Shown piece by piece: positions 12,155-29,050 of a stretch of DNA of 64,000 nt (position 1 is its first letter; each line of letters starts with the position of its first letter). The position numbers and the translations under genes were made by a program. Source of the DNA: Octopus vulgaris (Eukaryota); contig OX597822.1 in assembly GCA_951406725.2 (NCBI GenBank), positions 25,296,001-25,360,000 on the forward strand, given 5' to 3'. The notes under the pieces are model-generated. The model made no database searches and was not told where the DNA came from. It worked only from the letters and a program-made list of their open reading frames with translations.

Positions 12155-12708
12155 GCCCTGATGCAGTACCAGGCAGTGGCTCTTATGGCTTCTGATCTTA
12201 ACTGATTGGAAGTGTTATCATGTACATTGTTTTGTCTTGGTATAAAAGATGGGCTACAGCAAATATTCTACTCAATACCACAGATTTGCTTGTCAGTTGT
12301 TTGACCTTAACCAATTGAGCATGTCCCTTAGTGGCTGACGATATGTGCATCTCTGATCACGAGCAAAAGTAGTGGGGGAGCATCATAGCCATGTGTTGAG
12401 AAGGATTCTTTGGGGTTTGAATAATTCACCTCTGGAAACATGGGTGTTTCGTTCAACGTCCTTAAACAACCCTTATTCAGGGACCTTTTGAGCGAGATGG
12501 GTTACTCGATCTGAAGAAAATTCTAACTGGCCTCCACCTGCAAGGTCATGTGCTGTTTATCTTGATATGAGATCACCATGTTGCGCACATATGGTTGTGG
12601 TGCATGTGCCTGGTGTACCCTTATCAGACGGGTAGTCATGATGGGTATACTGGGCTTCGTATATTTTACCCCAGTGTCACTTTGATGGCATGCTCTGCTC
12701 ACTCACTC
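12155..12708 (+). mobile_element. Full-length ~554-bp (TAA)n-associated non-coding retroposon-like element
   Basis: GCCCTGATGCAGTACCAGGC...CTCACTC followed by (AAT)n. Same ends as 13060-13613. No long ORF and no obvious Pol III boxes. Confidence 0.8.
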
Positions 12709-12720
12709 AATGATAATAAT

Positions 12721-12794
<74 letters not shown>

Positions 12795-12808
12795 TGATGA
12801 TGATGACG

Positions 12809-12854
<46 letters not shown>

Positions 12855-12871
12855 TAATAATAATGATGATG

Positions 12872-12947
<76 letters not shown>

Positions 12948-12949
<2 letters not shown>

Positions 12950-13613
12950 GCCCTGATGCAGTACCAGGATGCCCTGATGCAGTACCAGGATGCCCTGATG
13001 CAGTACTAAAGATGCCCTGATGCAGTACCAATAAATGCCCTGATGCAGTACCAATAAATGCCCTGATGCAGTACCAGGCAGTGGCTCTTATGGCTTCTGA
13101 TCTTAACTGATTGGAAGTGTTATCATGTACATTGTTTTGTCTTGGTATAAAAGATGGGCTACAGCAAATATTCTACTCAATACCACAGATTTGCTTGTCA
13201 GTTGTTTGACCGTAACCAGTTGAGCATGTCCCTTAGTGGCTGACGATATGTGCATCTCTGATCACGAGCAGAAGTAGTGGGGGGAGCATCATAGCCATGT
13301 GTTGAGAGGGATTCTTTGGGGTTTGAATAATTCACCTCTGGAAACATGGGTGGTTCTTTCAACATCCTTAAACAACCCTTATTCAGGGACCTTTTGAGCG
13401 GGATGGGCTACTCAACCTGAAGAAAATTCTAACTGGGCCCCACCTGCAAGGTCATGTGCTGTTAATCTGATATGAGATCACCATGTCGCGCACATATGGT
13501 TGTGATGCATGTGCCTGGTGTACCCTTATCAGACGGGTAGTCATGATGGGTATATTGGGCTTCGTATATTTTACCCCAGTGTCACTTTGATGGCATGAAG
13601 TGCTCTCTCACTC
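12948..13613 (+). mobile_element. Full-length ~554-bp element preceded by five extra copies of its 5' ~18-21 nt
   Basis: ATGCCCTGATGCAGTAC starts at 12948, 12969, 12990, 13012, 13035 and 13058. Confidence 0.8.
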
Positions 13614-13633
13614 AATAATAATAATAATAATAA

Positions 13634-14907
13634 GGCCGTGGTCTTTTGCAACTGGCAATAACAATGAAGATTGCTACAATTGGCCTAGACACCTACCTGA
13701 AAAACTCTGAGGACTGGATGCTAAAACTTGTCTCAAAACATGAAAACAAGAAAGCATCATACTCAGTCACAAAACAGGCAAAGGAATATCTAAGTGAATT
13801 CCGAATACAACCAATTTCGAAATTAGAGATAGATATACAAGAAACAAGCACAGAAAAAGCTAGGCGCATGAAAACCCGTGCCAAAACTGCGACCTTAGAT
13901 ATTCTGAATAATAAATGGCAAGAAAAAACCTCTCTATGGCAAATACCCAAAGAGAGCGAATAATGCAGATATCGACAAAGCCCTGACCCATCAATGGCTA
14001 ATGGCCTCTGGCTTAAAATCTGAAACAGAGGGGTTTATCATAGCAGCTCAAGATCAATGCCTACCAACAAGAAACTACCAGGCCAACATATTAAAGATCA
14101 GAAGCAGTCCAACGTGTTGTGTATGCAAGCAACAAAATGAAACCATTGACCATGTGGTCTCCAAGTGCAGTCTTCTAGCGCCTACAGAGTATCTCAACAG
14201 GCACGATAGAGCTGCACAATATATTCACTGGGTAATCTGTAAAAACCTGGATTTGCCCCATGAAAAAAACTGGTGGGAACACAAACCACCCCCAGTGCTT
14301 GAAAATGACCACATCTCACTCCTCTGGAACTTCACCATTCAAACTGACAGGAAGATAGATGCAAATAGGCCAGACATCATATTGAAAAACTTCAAACAAA
14401 GAACATGCCTCCTCATTGATATGACTGTCCCAATCGATATAAACGTATCTGTCAAGACCTACCAAAAACTGAGCAAATATAAAGATCTTGAAATAGAAAT
14501 CAGCAAAATGTGGAAGCTGAAGACTAAAACAATACCTGTTGTCATAGGTGCCCTGGGAATGATAGCAAAAGGGTCTGATAGCTACCTAACTCAGATACCA
14601 GGAAACCCAAAAATGGCAGAAGTTCAAAAGATAGTGCTCATGGGAACTGCTCATATCCTACGCAAAATACTCTCTATGTAATCTCAAGGTTTAAAACAAA
14701 CATAATTTTCGGTTTAAAAAAAAAAAAAAAAAAAAAAACCTTTTTTTTTTTTTTTTTTAGACATTCATTAGTACAACATCCCCACCCTCCAAATATATGG
14801 CACACTAGGCATAACAACAACATGAACTTCCAACCCTGTTGTCTCTTGAGGTCTCTGGGTGAGACTTGGAGCCAACTTGTACAAATATAAAGCAAAAGTC
14901 AAACATA

Positions 14908-14908
<1 letters not shown>
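13634..14908 (+). mobile_element. 5'-truncated R4/Dong-type LINE (lineage B): RLE domain and 3' UTR
   Basis: GRGLLQL..., frameshift near 13925, then AAQDQ, CCVCKQQNETIDHVVSKC (CCHC), RHD, RPDIIL...LIDMTVP and KLSKY. Flanked by (TAA)n. Confidence 0.9.
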
Positions 14909-14951
<43 letters not shown>

Positions 14952-14952
<1 letters not shown>

Positions 14953-15235
14953 GAGGGTTTGGGGTTTGAATAATTCACCCCTGGAAACCTGGGTGTTTCA
15001 TTCAACATTCTTAAACAACCCTTATTCAAGGACCTTTTGAGCAGGACGGGTTACTCGACCAGAAAAAAATTCTTACTGGGCCCCACCTGCAAGGTCATGT
15101 GCTGTTTATCTTGATATGAGATCACCATGGTGCGCATATATCGTTGTGATGCATGTGCCTGGTGTACCCTTATCAGACGGGCTTCGTATATTTTACCCCA
15201 GTGTCACTTTGATGGCATGCGCTGCTCTCTCACTC
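14952..15235 (+). mobile_element. 5'-truncated copy of the ~554-bp element
   Basis: Same truncation point as the copy at 11815; flanked by (TAA)n. Confidence 0.78.
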
Positions 15236-15278
15236 AATAATAATAATAATAATAATGATGATAATAATAATAATGATG

Positions 15279-15348
<70 letters not shown>

Positions 15349-15540
15349 TAATAACAATAATGATAATAAAGCTGAAATGAAGACCAAATCTATATTGCGT
15401 GTGTTTAATTGACAAATCATGTGCATCCCTAAGTATAACAATATCTGTTTCAACACACTATTTTACATTATGAAGTTTGCAAAACAAAAAAGTAAACGTA
15501 TATATACGTGCATTATACATGCATACACATGCACACACAG

Positions 15541-15574
<34 letters not shown>

Positions 15575-15890
15575 ACATGCACATACGCATGTATGTATGT
15601 ATGTATGTATGTATGTATGTATAATCGCAGTACACTTTGAATGTGTTTGCGACACTATCATTCACATCAGCTTTATTGTCATTATTTCAGTTTCTTTGTC
15701 AAAGCTGTTTCATCATACACGCTGTGACTTCTTCAGCTACTCTTTATCCCACGTGTCTCCACGTGTTTTACTTAATCAATTTTGTCACAAAGAAAAAATG
15801 GAATAAGCAGAACAAGCAGAGACCCGTTGAGTAAAGAGTAACAATTTAAATGAGGAAAGAAGTCAAAATGGCATTACAATTATTTATATA

Positions 15891-16196
15891 TCTTTATATA
15901 TAAAATTGAATTTGTGTGTGTGAGACTCTGTCTCCTCCGATTTAGATTCCTAACTACTCCCACATTTTACGGTACAGTTTAACCAAAAGCGGGTATGTTA
16001 TAGTCGTCATTCATATCGAGCCCTTCTGGGCATTAGCGCGCGTCTACGATGAGTCTACGATTAAAAAAAAAATTACCATCATTTTTCCGCATTTTTAATG
16101 ATTTTTTCTCGGGTTATATAAGGGAAGTAACTCTCTAAAAATGCTTATATAGTTATTTCCCTTACAAACCCAAGCAGCGCCGGGCGATACTGCTTG
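15891..16196 (+). mobile_element. Non-autonomous Helitron
   Basis: Starts A|TCTTTATATATAAAA; 3' hairpin then CTTG|T (degenerate CTAG). Homologous to 55744-56140. Confidence 0.72.
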
Positions 16197-16528
16197 TATG
16201 GAATAAATAAATATCGTTCGTTTAGGGGTACAACTGTTATGTCAATCTGATTTCTCCTTTCCTCATTTAAATTATTACTTTTGTAATAAGGCGTACATTA
16301 CGACAAATAGATTTTACTTTCGAGTTGCGTAGTGCTCCCTTTAGTAACAATCGAAGCCTTAGGGATATCCTTTTGATTTCGGAATACTACGCTAGCCACC
16401 ACCCCTGCATGAAGTGCTACTAAAGCAGGTTAATAATTGTCTCCACGCGCGATGTGTATATATATATATATGAACACTCGCACGTATCTGTCTGTCTGTC
16501 TGTCTGTTTGTCTCTGTCTCTGTCTGTC

Positions 16529-16594
<66 letters not shown>

Positions 16595-16710
16595 CACGCA
16601 CGTATGTACATATATATATGTATGTATATGTATGTATGTATGTATGTATCTATCTATCTATATACATACATACATACATACACACACACATATGCATACA
16701 TACACACACA

Positions 16711-17455
<745 letters not shown>

Positions 17456-17532
17456 TACTACTACAATATAAGAAACGTTTAAATACTTTGTTATGATCTT
17501 AACTATTAATTTTGTTTTTCTTATTGTATTAG

Positions 17533-17875
17533 GTTACTCAGAGAGGTGGTATAACAATGACAAACCTCGGTCTTGACTATATTCGAAACAACATCAACAA
17601 AATCTCACATGGGGCTCGAAGAGATGCTAAACAAGTTCTCATCGTTATAACGGACGGTGCTTCGACGAATGTTCAAGCGACTAAATTGGCTGCCAGCCGC
17701 ATCCATAATACTGGTATCGACGTGTTCGCCATTGGAGTTGGACGAGGAATTCATCATGATGAACTCAACAATATCGCTTCTGTGCAAGGCAATATTTTCC
17801 AAGTAAACGACTTCAACGCCCTGAAGACAATTGAAGGAATTGTCAAGAAGAAGGCTTGCGCTACTGTTGCTCCCA
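17533..17875 (+). CDS. Triple-VWA secreted protein, exon 3 (VWA1 C-terminal half)
   Basis: Acceptor tgtattag|. Translates VTQRGGITMTNLGL...VLIVITDG...VFAIGVG...ELNNIAS...KKACATVAP. Donor CCCA|GTAAGA, phase 1. Confidence 0.9.
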
Positions 17876-17899
17876 GTAAGATGTCATACATATATGTTA

Positions 17900-18420
<521 letters not shown>

Positions 18421-18432
18421 AATAATAATAAC

Positions 18433-18474
<42 letters not shown>

Positions 18475-18610
18475 TATTATTATTATTATTATTATTATTT
18501 TGTATTCGTATTTTATGAGATATTTTATGTTAAATATAGGGTGGCTTTATTTCACTTGCAATGATGAAGTCATTTCTCATTCAATTAATATATGTACACA
18601 CTCATGTACG

Positions 18611-18836
18611 TACGAGGGGCTGCTAAAAACTTCCTGACATTAAAGGTATCGCGAAAGATCTAGTTGGAGGCCCAAACTTCCGAGTTCTTTTTACAGAGCT
18701 TAGTAAAAAAAACTGAAGGACCGCTGCGATAAGTGTGTGAATCTAAGAGGGGAATATTTTGAATAAAACCATAATTACCCGAACCTCTTGTATTTTCTTT
18801 TACCCAAAGCCAAGAAGTTTCCATCACATCCTCGTA
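18611..18836 (+). mobile_element. Mariner-derived MITE
   Basis: TACGAGG...CCTCGTA inverted termini with TA. Internal remnant RCDKCVNLRGEYFE* resembles a mariner C-terminus. Confidence 0.72.
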
Positions 18837-19118
18837 TGCACACAGCACACTCACTGACACTTTCGCACGCGTGCATACCTATTTATTTACTGCCCACAAG
18901 GGGCTAAACACAGGGGGACGAACAAGGACAGACATAGGTATTAAGTCGATTACATCGACCCCAGTGCGTAACTGGTACTTATTTAATCGACCCCGAAAGG
19001 ATGAAAGGCAAAGTCGACTTCGAAGTCATTATCAATACAATTCTCTTTCTCCCTTCCCCACTTTCATCCTCTTTCTCTTCCCCCTTTCGCTATATGTGTG
19101 TGTGTACATGTATATATG

Positions 19119-19375
19119 TGGAGGCGCGTGGCTTAGTGGTTAAGGTGAAGAACTCATGATCGTAAGGTTGTGGTTTCGATTCCTGGACCGGGCGACGCAC
19201 GCGTTGTGTTCTTGAGCAAAACACTTCATTTCACGTTGCTCCAGTCCACTCAGCTGGCAAAAATGAGTAACACTGCGATGGACTGCCGTCCCATCCAGCT
19301 GGGGAACACATACGCCATAGAAACCGGGACACCGGGCCCATGAGCCTAGCTAGGCTTTAAAAGGGCGCATTTATT
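19119..19375 (+). mobile_element. tRNA-derived SINE related to family B
   Basis: A-box TGGCTTAGTGG, B-box GTTTCGATTC. Inverted homolog at 38231-38440; related head at about 20270-20385 (minus strand). Confidence 0.78.
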
Positions 19376-20600
19376 TTATTATTACATGTATATAGATACA
19401 CAGAATATATTTATATACCCGTGTGTGTACGTGTTGGTTTGTTTGGTTCTTTGTTTGTGAGTGTGTGTGTGTGTGTGTGTGTATGCGTGTGTGTGTGCGT
19501 GTGTGTAAGTGTGTAAACATTCAGCTATGAAGAAGAAGTGAGCGAAGGCATTACAGAATACTAACGATTTGTAGACACAATTGGAAGACAAAACCTCAAC
19601 AAATGCTTTTCCGTGTTTTATCGCTTGTTATATTAAGACAATAAATAATTGATGAACAGAGGCAGTTCCACTCATATGTATGCCTGCATGTATGTATGTA
19701 TGTATGTATGTATGTATGTATGTATGTATGTATGTATGTATGTATGTATGTATGCATGTATGAGGTATGTATGTATGTATGTATTTATGTATGTATGTAT
19801 GTATGTATGTATGTATGTATGTATGTATGTATGTATGTATGTATGTATGTGTATGTATGTACGTACATGCATGTATGTGTGTATGTATATATGTATGTGC
19901 GTACGTGCGTACGTATGCATGTATATACGTACGTATGTATGTATGTATGTATCTGTATACGTATGTATCGATATGTATGTTTGTGTGGTTGTAGGCATGT
20001 ATGTATGTATGTATGTATGTATGTATGTATGTATGTATGTATGTATGTATGTATGTACTTACGTACGTATGTATGTACTACGTATGTATGTATCTATATA
20101 CGTAAGTATGTATCGATATGTATGTGTGATTGTTTATTGATTATTGCTTTTACTTAATGGCCTGAGGTTCCAATTCCCGCTCACCCCGCTTGAACGAAAC
20201 ACCGGTCCATCGCAGGGTTAACTTCCCAATTATTGCTGGAATACATTTTTCAGCTGAGTGACCCGAAGCAATGTGACATGATGTGTTTTGCACGAAAACA
20301 TAACGCACCGCCCTGTACAGGAATCGACAGCATAATCTCGTGATCATGAGTGCAACACCCTAAGCACCGGGCCATGCACCTCCACAGTTCAGGAACAGAG
20401 ACGAAATTCTACAAGCCCAACTTTCTGGGTGAAAATGAATAAACCCAATGATTAGTGCAGGGTCTGATGAGGTTCAACCGAACCAGGGGAGTGAAGAGTG
20501 GGGGAATGAGCGGAATAAATGTGGCAGTAAAATCGAATTTAATTTGATAAATTTGAACGTATCTTTTAATTGGATATTTTTGTTGTTTTGTTTATTTTAG

Positions 20601-21182
20601 GATGTGGTGCTGAACCAACTGACATCCTCTTCTTGCTAGATAGCTCTGGCAGCGTGAAGATTGCCCATTTTAGAGAAGCTTTAAATTTCGTCAGCCAGTT
20701 TGTGGCTGATTCAATCATCGGATCTCATAGCCTTCAGGTTGGTGTCATAACGTTCTCAACAAAAGTCAGGAACCAAATTCCATTGAACAAATACAGCGAC
20801 AAAGATGCTTTGATAAAAGCAATCAAAGCTGTGAAGTATGACCATGGTTTGACCTTGACTGCCAAAGGGCTTCATTTCGTTAGAACAGAAGGATTTAGTG
20901 CTAAAAATGGAGGGCGATCAAACGCTACACAGATCTTGGTGGTTCTGACCGACGGAAACTCCAATCAGGCGTTCCAGACCGTACGAGAATCCAAACTTAT
21001 CCACTTGACACATATTAAGATATTTTCCATTGGAGTCGGAACCCATATTGCCAGGAAGGAGTTAGAGATGATTTCTTCTGACAAAAAGAAGAACGTTTTC
21101 ATGGTGAAAGATTATGAAGCTTTGAGAACCATAGAAGCTCAATTAAAGAATACAATTTGTGCCACTACACCTCCACCACCAG
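20601..21182 (+). CDS. Triple-VWA secreted protein, exon 4 (complete VWA2)
   Basis: Acceptor tattttag|. Translates (R)CGAEPTDILFLLDSSGS...VGVITFS...LVVLTDG...IFSIGVG...ICATTPPPP. Donor CCAG|GTAATT; symmetric phase 1-1 exon. Confidence 0.92.
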
Positions 21183-21504
21183 GTAATTAAAACTACTAAT
21201 TTAATTTCTGTGCATTTATCCGTTTATCTATCCATTTTATTCCTTGACATACATACCACAAGGTTTTAACTATATACAGGACAGCTCAAGTTGATTCGTC
21301 TTTACTAGTCGAAAGACACCTGTTGTTATTTTCTTGTTTGTGTTTATAATTGTGTAACATTTTCTCCGTCTTTCGTCTATGTTGTCGTACACATTCGCTT
21401 GCTTTCTTACAAAAAATCTAATGCTCTTAGCTTAGACTTTTGGGGGCAAACAAATTTAAACATGTACTTCTCAAGATTTTTACTCACTGTTTCGAGAATT
21501 ATTG

Positions 21505-23909
<2,405 letters not shown>

Positions 23910-23946
23910 CATCATCATCATCATCATCATCATTATTATTATTATT

Positions 23947-24819
23947 CTATGTTTGACTTTTGCTTTATGTCTGTACAAGTTGGCTCCAAGTCTCACCCAG
24001 AGACCTCAAGAGACAACAGGTTAGAAGTTCTGTGCCATATATTTGGTTTTTTTTTTTTTTTTTGGTGTTGTACTAGTGAATGTCTAATACATAAAAAAAA
24101 ATAATAAATAAATAAAAAAAAGTTTCTTTTAAACCTTGGGATTACATAGAGAGTATTTTGCGTAGGATATGAGCAGTTCCCATGAGCACTATCTTTTGAA
24201 TTTCTGCCATTTTGGGGTCTCCTGGTATCTGAGTTAGGTAGCAATCAGTCCCTTTCGCTATCATTCCCAGGGCACCTATGACAACAGGTATTGTTTTAGT
24301 CTTCAGCTTCCACATTTTGCTGATTTCTATTTCAAGATCTTTATATTTGCTCAGTTTTTGGTAGGTCTTGACAGATACGTTTATATCGATTGGGACAGTC
24401 ATATCAATGAGGAGGCATGTTCTTTGTTTGAAGTCTTTCAATATGATGTCTGGCCTATTTGCATCTATCTTCCTGTCAGTTTGAATGGTGAAGTTCCAGA
24501 GGAGTGAGATGTGGTCATTTTCAAGCACAGGAGGTGGATTGTGTTCCCACCAGTTTTTTTCATGGGGCAAATCCAGGTTTTTGCAAATTACCCAGTGAAT
24601 ATATTGTGCTGCTCTAGCATGCCTACTGAGGTACTCTGTAGGCGCTAGAAGACTGCATTTGGAGACAACATGGTCAATGGTTTCGTTTTCTTGTCGGCAT
24701 ACACGACATGTTGGGCTACTGCCGTTCTTTAATATGTTGGCCTGGTAGTTTCTTGTTGGCAGGCATTGATCTTGAGCTGCTATGATAAACCCCTCTGTTT
24801 CAGATTTTAAGCCAGAGGC
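23947..24819 (-). mobile_element. 5'-truncated R4/Dong-type LINE (lineage B)
   Basis: Highly similar to 14003-14908; (TAA)n on both sides. Short 3'-end fragments of the 554-bp element (24876-24917) and lineage B (24986-25080) follow. Confidence 0.9.
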
Positions 24820-24875
<56 letters not shown>

Positions 24876-24914
24876 GAGTGAGAGAGCAGTTCATGCCATC
24901 AAAGTGACACTGGG

Positions 24915-24987
<73 letters not shown>

Positions 24988-25077
24988 GTTTGACTTTTGC
25001 TTTATATTTGTACAAGTTGTCTCCAAGTCTCACCCAGAGACCTCAAGAGACAACAGGGTTGGGATTTCATGCTGTTG

Positions 25078-25242
<165 letters not shown>

Positions 25243-25251
25243 TCTTTGCAG

Positions 25252-25808
25252 TTTGTGGAGTGACCCCTACCGACATTATTTTTCTCCTAGACTCTTCCGG
25301 AAGTATCTCAAATGCAAATTTCGATCTTCAACTCAGTTTCCTCAGAAAATTTGTAAACAGCTCCATAATCGGTAGTAATACAACCCAAATCGGTTTAGTA
25401 CTTTTCGCTTCTAATGTTCGCAACCGATTTAACATGAACGTCTATCACGACAAAAAATCTTTAATTAATGCCATCTGGACTGTTAAAAGAATATCAGGAA
25501 GCACAAAAACCGCAGAAGGGCTGAAATATGTTCGCACTAACAGCTTAGTACACGGTTCAAGGAAGAACGCTCAACACGTTGTAGTAGTCATTACAGATGG
25601 TCAGTCAGATAGCAAGACAGCAACCAAATCTGAAGCTGCTCTTATACATAAACTCCCACATACAACTGTTATTTCTATTGGTGTCGGTCAGTCTGTGGAT
25701 AGAGGAGAACTTGAAAACATCGCATCTGATAACAAACATGTTTTCATGGTTAATGATTTTAGCACATTGAAGAAGATCACCTCAGAACTGTTCCGAGCCG
25801 CATGTTAA
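25252..25808 (+). CDS. Triple-VWA secreted protein, exon 5 (complete VWA3 and stop)
   Basis: Acceptor tctttgcag|. Translates (V)CGVTPTDIIFLLDSSGS...VVVITDG...ISIGVG...ELFRAAC then TAA. The joined CDS is 1806 nt (601 aa) and in frame at every junction. It resembles collagen VI/matrilin VWA domains. Confidence 0.92.
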
Positions 25809-25881
25809 AGTGTTTTCTTTTTTGAGACAAGAAACAAAAATGGCGGTACTACTTTCTATGGAAAGATCGAAAGATGAAGAA

Positions 25882-25891
25882 AATAAATAAA
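25882..25891 (+). terminator. Overlapping AATAAA polyadenylation signals of the VWA gene
   Basis: AATAAATAAA about 75 nt after the stop codon, followed by T/GT-rich sequence. Confidence 0.5.
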
Positions 25892-26041
25892 GTAAAAATT
25901 AAGATTGATATTTTGTCTTTTATATGACCTTTTGTCTTTAATACTGTATGTCCAATTTGTCTTTTCTCCTAAAAAGATCGATAAAAGACCAGTTGATAAA
26001 AAAATGCGTGCCACGCCAAGAGGAAACCTATATGTGGATGT

Positions 26042-26425
26042 GGAGGCGCAATGGCCCAGTGGTTATGGCAGCGGGCTCGCGGTCATAGGATCGCGGTTTC
26101 GATTCCCAGACCGGGTGTTGTGAGTGTTTATTGAGCGAAAACACCTAAAGCTCCACGAGGCTCCGGTAGGGGATGGTGGTGATCCCTGCTGTACTCTTTC
26201 ACCACAACTTTCTCTCACTCTTACTTCCTGTTTCTGTTGTACCTGTATTTCAAAGGGCCGGCCTTGTCACTCTCTGTGTCACGCTGAATCTCCCCGAGAA
26301 CTACGTTAAGGGTACACGTGTCTGTGGAGTGCTCAGCCACTTACACGTTAATTTCACGAGCAGGCTGTTCCGTTTATTCGGATCAACCGGAACCCTCGTC
26401 GTCGTAACCGACGGAGTGCTTCCAC
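26042..26425 (+). mobile_element. SINE family B copy
   Basis: Colinear with 484-848. Possible TSD ATATGTGGAT at 26030-26039 and 26426-26435. Confidence 0.82.
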
Positions 26426-27341
26426 ATATGTGGATACTATTAGAAATAGCCAAATACCCTCATATCATACTTTAACTTCAGAAAAGAATAGAGGGGGACA
26501 CATTAGATAATGTAGGCCTAGATACCACCACCCCGTCCAACCCCACACACTGAAAAACGAAAGAGAAACGTGATAGTTACAGCTGGAATATATTTGATCA
26601 ACACTGACCTGGGGCTAAACAACAAGAAAACAATAACAACGTGCTGGACAACTGTAGTTGATTATACACGAGAAGGCAGTGCTCCAGCATGACCACAAAA
26701 CAATGAGCGAAACGCGTAATGGAATATAACAGAATACTCTTTAGCTGTCATTATCGAATTGTCATCGCATCGCTAAGCGCGGTGGCCTAGTGTTAAACTT
26801 CCGCTCATTCGAATCGGTGACGCCATATTTTCTTTTGGAGGTGTGGTTATTTCTCTTATCAAATTTGTACTCTTACGAAGAAAATGGATGTCATAATATC
26901 CCTTTTTCCCTTCTAATAAAATCAATAGAGCTGATTACTTCACAGTATACATTAACGGGACCTATGGAAATTTCAGGTTTCTACTTTGATATTTAGGACA
27001 AAATGCATTGGACAATGTTGCCATTAGTATAAAACAAAACAGACTCCCCCACCGGAAAAGGGATAATGGTGGTCACGGATAGAAAATTCCTTTGATGTGA
27101 AATCTGTTCAATTCGAACTGAGCTGGGACTACATAACAGCATCAACAACATCATAATACTAATTAACAACTAATTATTATGTTGCTTGTAACGGTATGCG
27201 ATCAGGGTTACACTTTAAATAACCTTAACTGTGAAACAAAATAGAAAACAAAATCAATAGCTTTAAGATATTGATTTATTTTTTGTTTGTTAGTAATGTT
27301 TGTTTTATAAAGTTATCATGCAAGAGGGAAGTTTATCTTAA

Positions 27342-27422
<81 letters not shown>

Positions 27423-27796
27423 GTTTAAGATATCGATTATGTCTTCTATTTCCAGAGTCGAGGTTGTTTAAAGCATGATACTTCAAAATATTTCATTAAC
27501 TATAATGATGTCATAAAAGGAAAAAAGATTAACAAATAGACAAACAGAAGGAATCATCAGGTCGATGATATCGCTTTTGTCTTTAGTTTGTTCTATAGTT
27601 AAGGATATCTAAAGCGTAAGATCGGACACAAATCATAATAAGCAGAATGCCACTCTAGATTACTAATCATGGTTTTGTTGTCGTTGTTGTCGTTGTTGCT
27701 AATGTCTAGCTTTTGAACAGATTTTAATGGAACAGAACTCTGATCGAAGGACTTCCATCTACGACCACCATTTTATCTATCTATCTATTTATTTAA

Positions 27797-27875
<79 letters not shown>

Positions 27876-28268
27876 CTTATTTTATCTTTTACTTCTTTCA
27901 GTCATTAGACTGCAGTCCTGCTGGGGCATCGCTTTGAAGTTTTTAGTCGAATGAATCGACCCAGTATTTCTTTATTAAAACCTGCTACTTATTCTATCGG
28001 TCTCTTTTGGCGACCCGTTAGGCTAGGGGAAAGGGAAGCACACCAGTACCGATAGTCAATCAGTGGTGAGGTAAAAACACACCAATACTGGTTTTGGTGC
28101 GCAAACACAAACTAAGACACACGCACACACTCACACACACATTATACATATATATACATACGACGGGCTTCTTTCAGTTTCGGCTCGATGCTATAGTAGA
28201 AGACACTTTCCTAAGGTTCCGCCCAGTGGGACTGAACCCGGAATCACGTAGTTGCAAAGCAAGCTTTT

Positions 28269-28308
<40 letters not shown>

Positions 28309-28401
28309 ATTCGTTAGGGAATAAAAATTCCGGCATAACAGGGGTTCAAATTATTCTCAATGAGGAAATATATAATTTTCCAATATATATATATATATGT
28401 A

Positions 28402-29050
28402 CGCAAAACATTCAAACATCGAGATTTGAAATGAGATGTCACTACTGTTCACATCATCTGTGGATAAATTTTAAAATTGATGATATCAACAGCAGTGACA
28501 TAGGTGGATCGCAGGTGCAATAGCATTAAATAGCTATGAATTATAATTTTTTACGTAGCGTAAGGATGCTTAACAAGCATCCACCTGCTAGAAATAAGAG
28601 CTAAAGTCTTAAATTTATACCCCGTACCGCACCAAGATAACAGAGAAAAACAGTATGCAAGGAAAACAGAAAGGATAAAAATATTTACAGTACAAATAAA
28701 AATATTATGCAATTAGGAATATCCACAAACAAGGTTTCGGCTTTTGTGTATTTAAACCCTGAACCTCGTCAGTGTGGCCTACCGGATAATAATCCATAAC
28801 TGTCACGTTAAACTCTGACTGTGCAACTGGTTTTGTTTTGCGCCAAAAACAGAGCACATGGTGCATAAAATTTTATAAGCAAAACATTCAAACAGTGAGA
28901 TTTGAAATCTGATGTCTCTACTGTTCATATCATCTGTGGATAAATTTTTAAATTGATGATATCACCAGCAGTGACATAGGTGGAAAACAGGCGCAATAGC
29001 ATTAAATAGCTATGAATTTTAAATTTGTACGAAGCGTAAGGATGCTTAAA
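28402..29050. repeat. ~170-bp direct repeats (period ~475 bp) between (TA)n tracts
   Basis: CAAACATTCAAACA...GCGTAAGGATGCTTAA occurs at about 28402-28573 and about 28879-29049. Confidence 0.8.
28723..28777 (-). ncRNA. Type I hammerhead ribozyme
   Basis: Minus strand reads ccaca-CTGACGA-ggtt...aagcc-GAAA-ccttg-TT-tgtgg. Confidence 0.65.

Noticed and set aside
12948-13080. CRISPR-like short direct repeats
   Set aside because: Spacers are only 4-6 nt, the context is eukaryotic, and there are no cas genes.
20464-20490. CTGATGA-ggtt c aacc-GAAC hammerhead-like core
   Set aside because: GAAA is incomplete and there is no stem I or stem III pairing.
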